A program made the position numbers and the translations under genes. Shown here piece by piece: positions 63,201 to 64,000 of a DNA stretch of 64,000 bases (positions are counted from its first letter, which is position 1; each line of letters begins with the position of its first letter). A model generated the notes under the pieces. The model was not told the origin of the DNA, did no database searches, and was given only the letters and a program-made list of their open reading frames with translations. Source of the stretch: Lama guanicoe (taxonomy: Eukaryota); the NCBI GenBank assembly GCA_013239625.1, contig MU054323.1:2778161-2842160 (forward strand), written 5' to 3'.

Positions 63201-64000
63201 AACTTTCTTAACTGTCTCATCTGATCTTTTCTGCATCGCAACCCAATAAAGGAGGCAATATATCCCAGTCTGAGCCTCCAGAAATTTGCTTTTTATTTTT
63301 ACTTATGGAGGAGAAAGAGAGGGTGGGGATCATGAAGGGGATCCCTGAAAAGTCCCCAAGAACAACATCAGATGCAACAGCAATCAGTGGAGACAGGCGG
63401 CAACTGCCATGAGCGCCCCCGGGGCTGGGAGGAGCTGCTGAAAGCCAGCCCCCTTCATGAGAACATCCCTAGAGACCATTTCAGTCCTCCTTTCACACCT
63501 GGCATATATTTATATGGTACCAGAGAAGGGATTTTTATTTTTAAATTATGCATGTGGACTTGCACCTTCATTCTATGAGAATCAAACTAAATGTTATTCC
63601 ACAACACTCTGTAAAGTTAATGATACAACGTGACTAGAGCTCTTTCCTGAAATGTGACATTCTTCAGGGACCCTGACAGTATTTAAAGGCTTGGATGCCA
63701 GGGCCAAATCCTGCCCCTAGAGTCACATAGAAGTTCCACAAGTACTTATATACTATGACATATATATTCCTTGGTTTCTGTGAATTCAATCAGAAGGTTT
63801 ATATGCAAAGTCCCTGAAAAACCAGAGGTACTATGGCACTGGGTCTGGGAGCCGCCTAAATCTGGGCAGAGCAATCCAGCCACACTTGACTGCAGGGAAC
63901 TGATCACCTGGTCAAAGCAGAGAGAAAAAGCAAAGACTTAAAAATAGAAGGGAAGCTAAATTTCCATCACTGTGATTCCAAAATGGGGCAAGATTTATGA

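Noticed and set aside
1..64000. A novel multi-gene or prokaryote-style system (CRISPR, operon, RNA genes)
   Set aside because: The sequence is repeat-rich mammalian non-coding DNA; I found no such arrays, tRNA/rRNA or linked ORFs

Overview
Mammalian non-coding genomic DNA, most likely camelid. The young L1 3' UTR resembles camelid L1s as I recall them, and I see no Alu, Bov-tA/BovB, PRE1 or Can-SINE. I recognise no host protein-coding exon, RNA gene or CRISPR array. The only convincing CDS is the C-terminal end of a LINE-1 ORF2 (1-543); the rest of the ORF track looks like chance or repeat-derived ORFs. The window is a mosaic of transposon fossils (L1, HAL1, L2, MIR, CR1, MLT1/MER21 LTRs, hAT MITEs) and microsatellites, plus several repeat-free, motif-dense blocks that look like conserved enhancers. 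Best observations: (1) four independent short L1 3'-tail insertions whose 5' ends fall in one ~15-nt window, at the 5' arm of a predicted UTR stem; (2) an internal L1 ORF2 piece flanked by a TSD with no poly(A); (3) a perfect four-unit heat-shock element; (4) a perfect 64-bp microsatellite palindrome; (5) candidate + strand micro-exons. Repeat family names come from recall of consensus sequences, not from a search, and old-repeat boundaries are approximate. I cannot support a new multi-gene system here.
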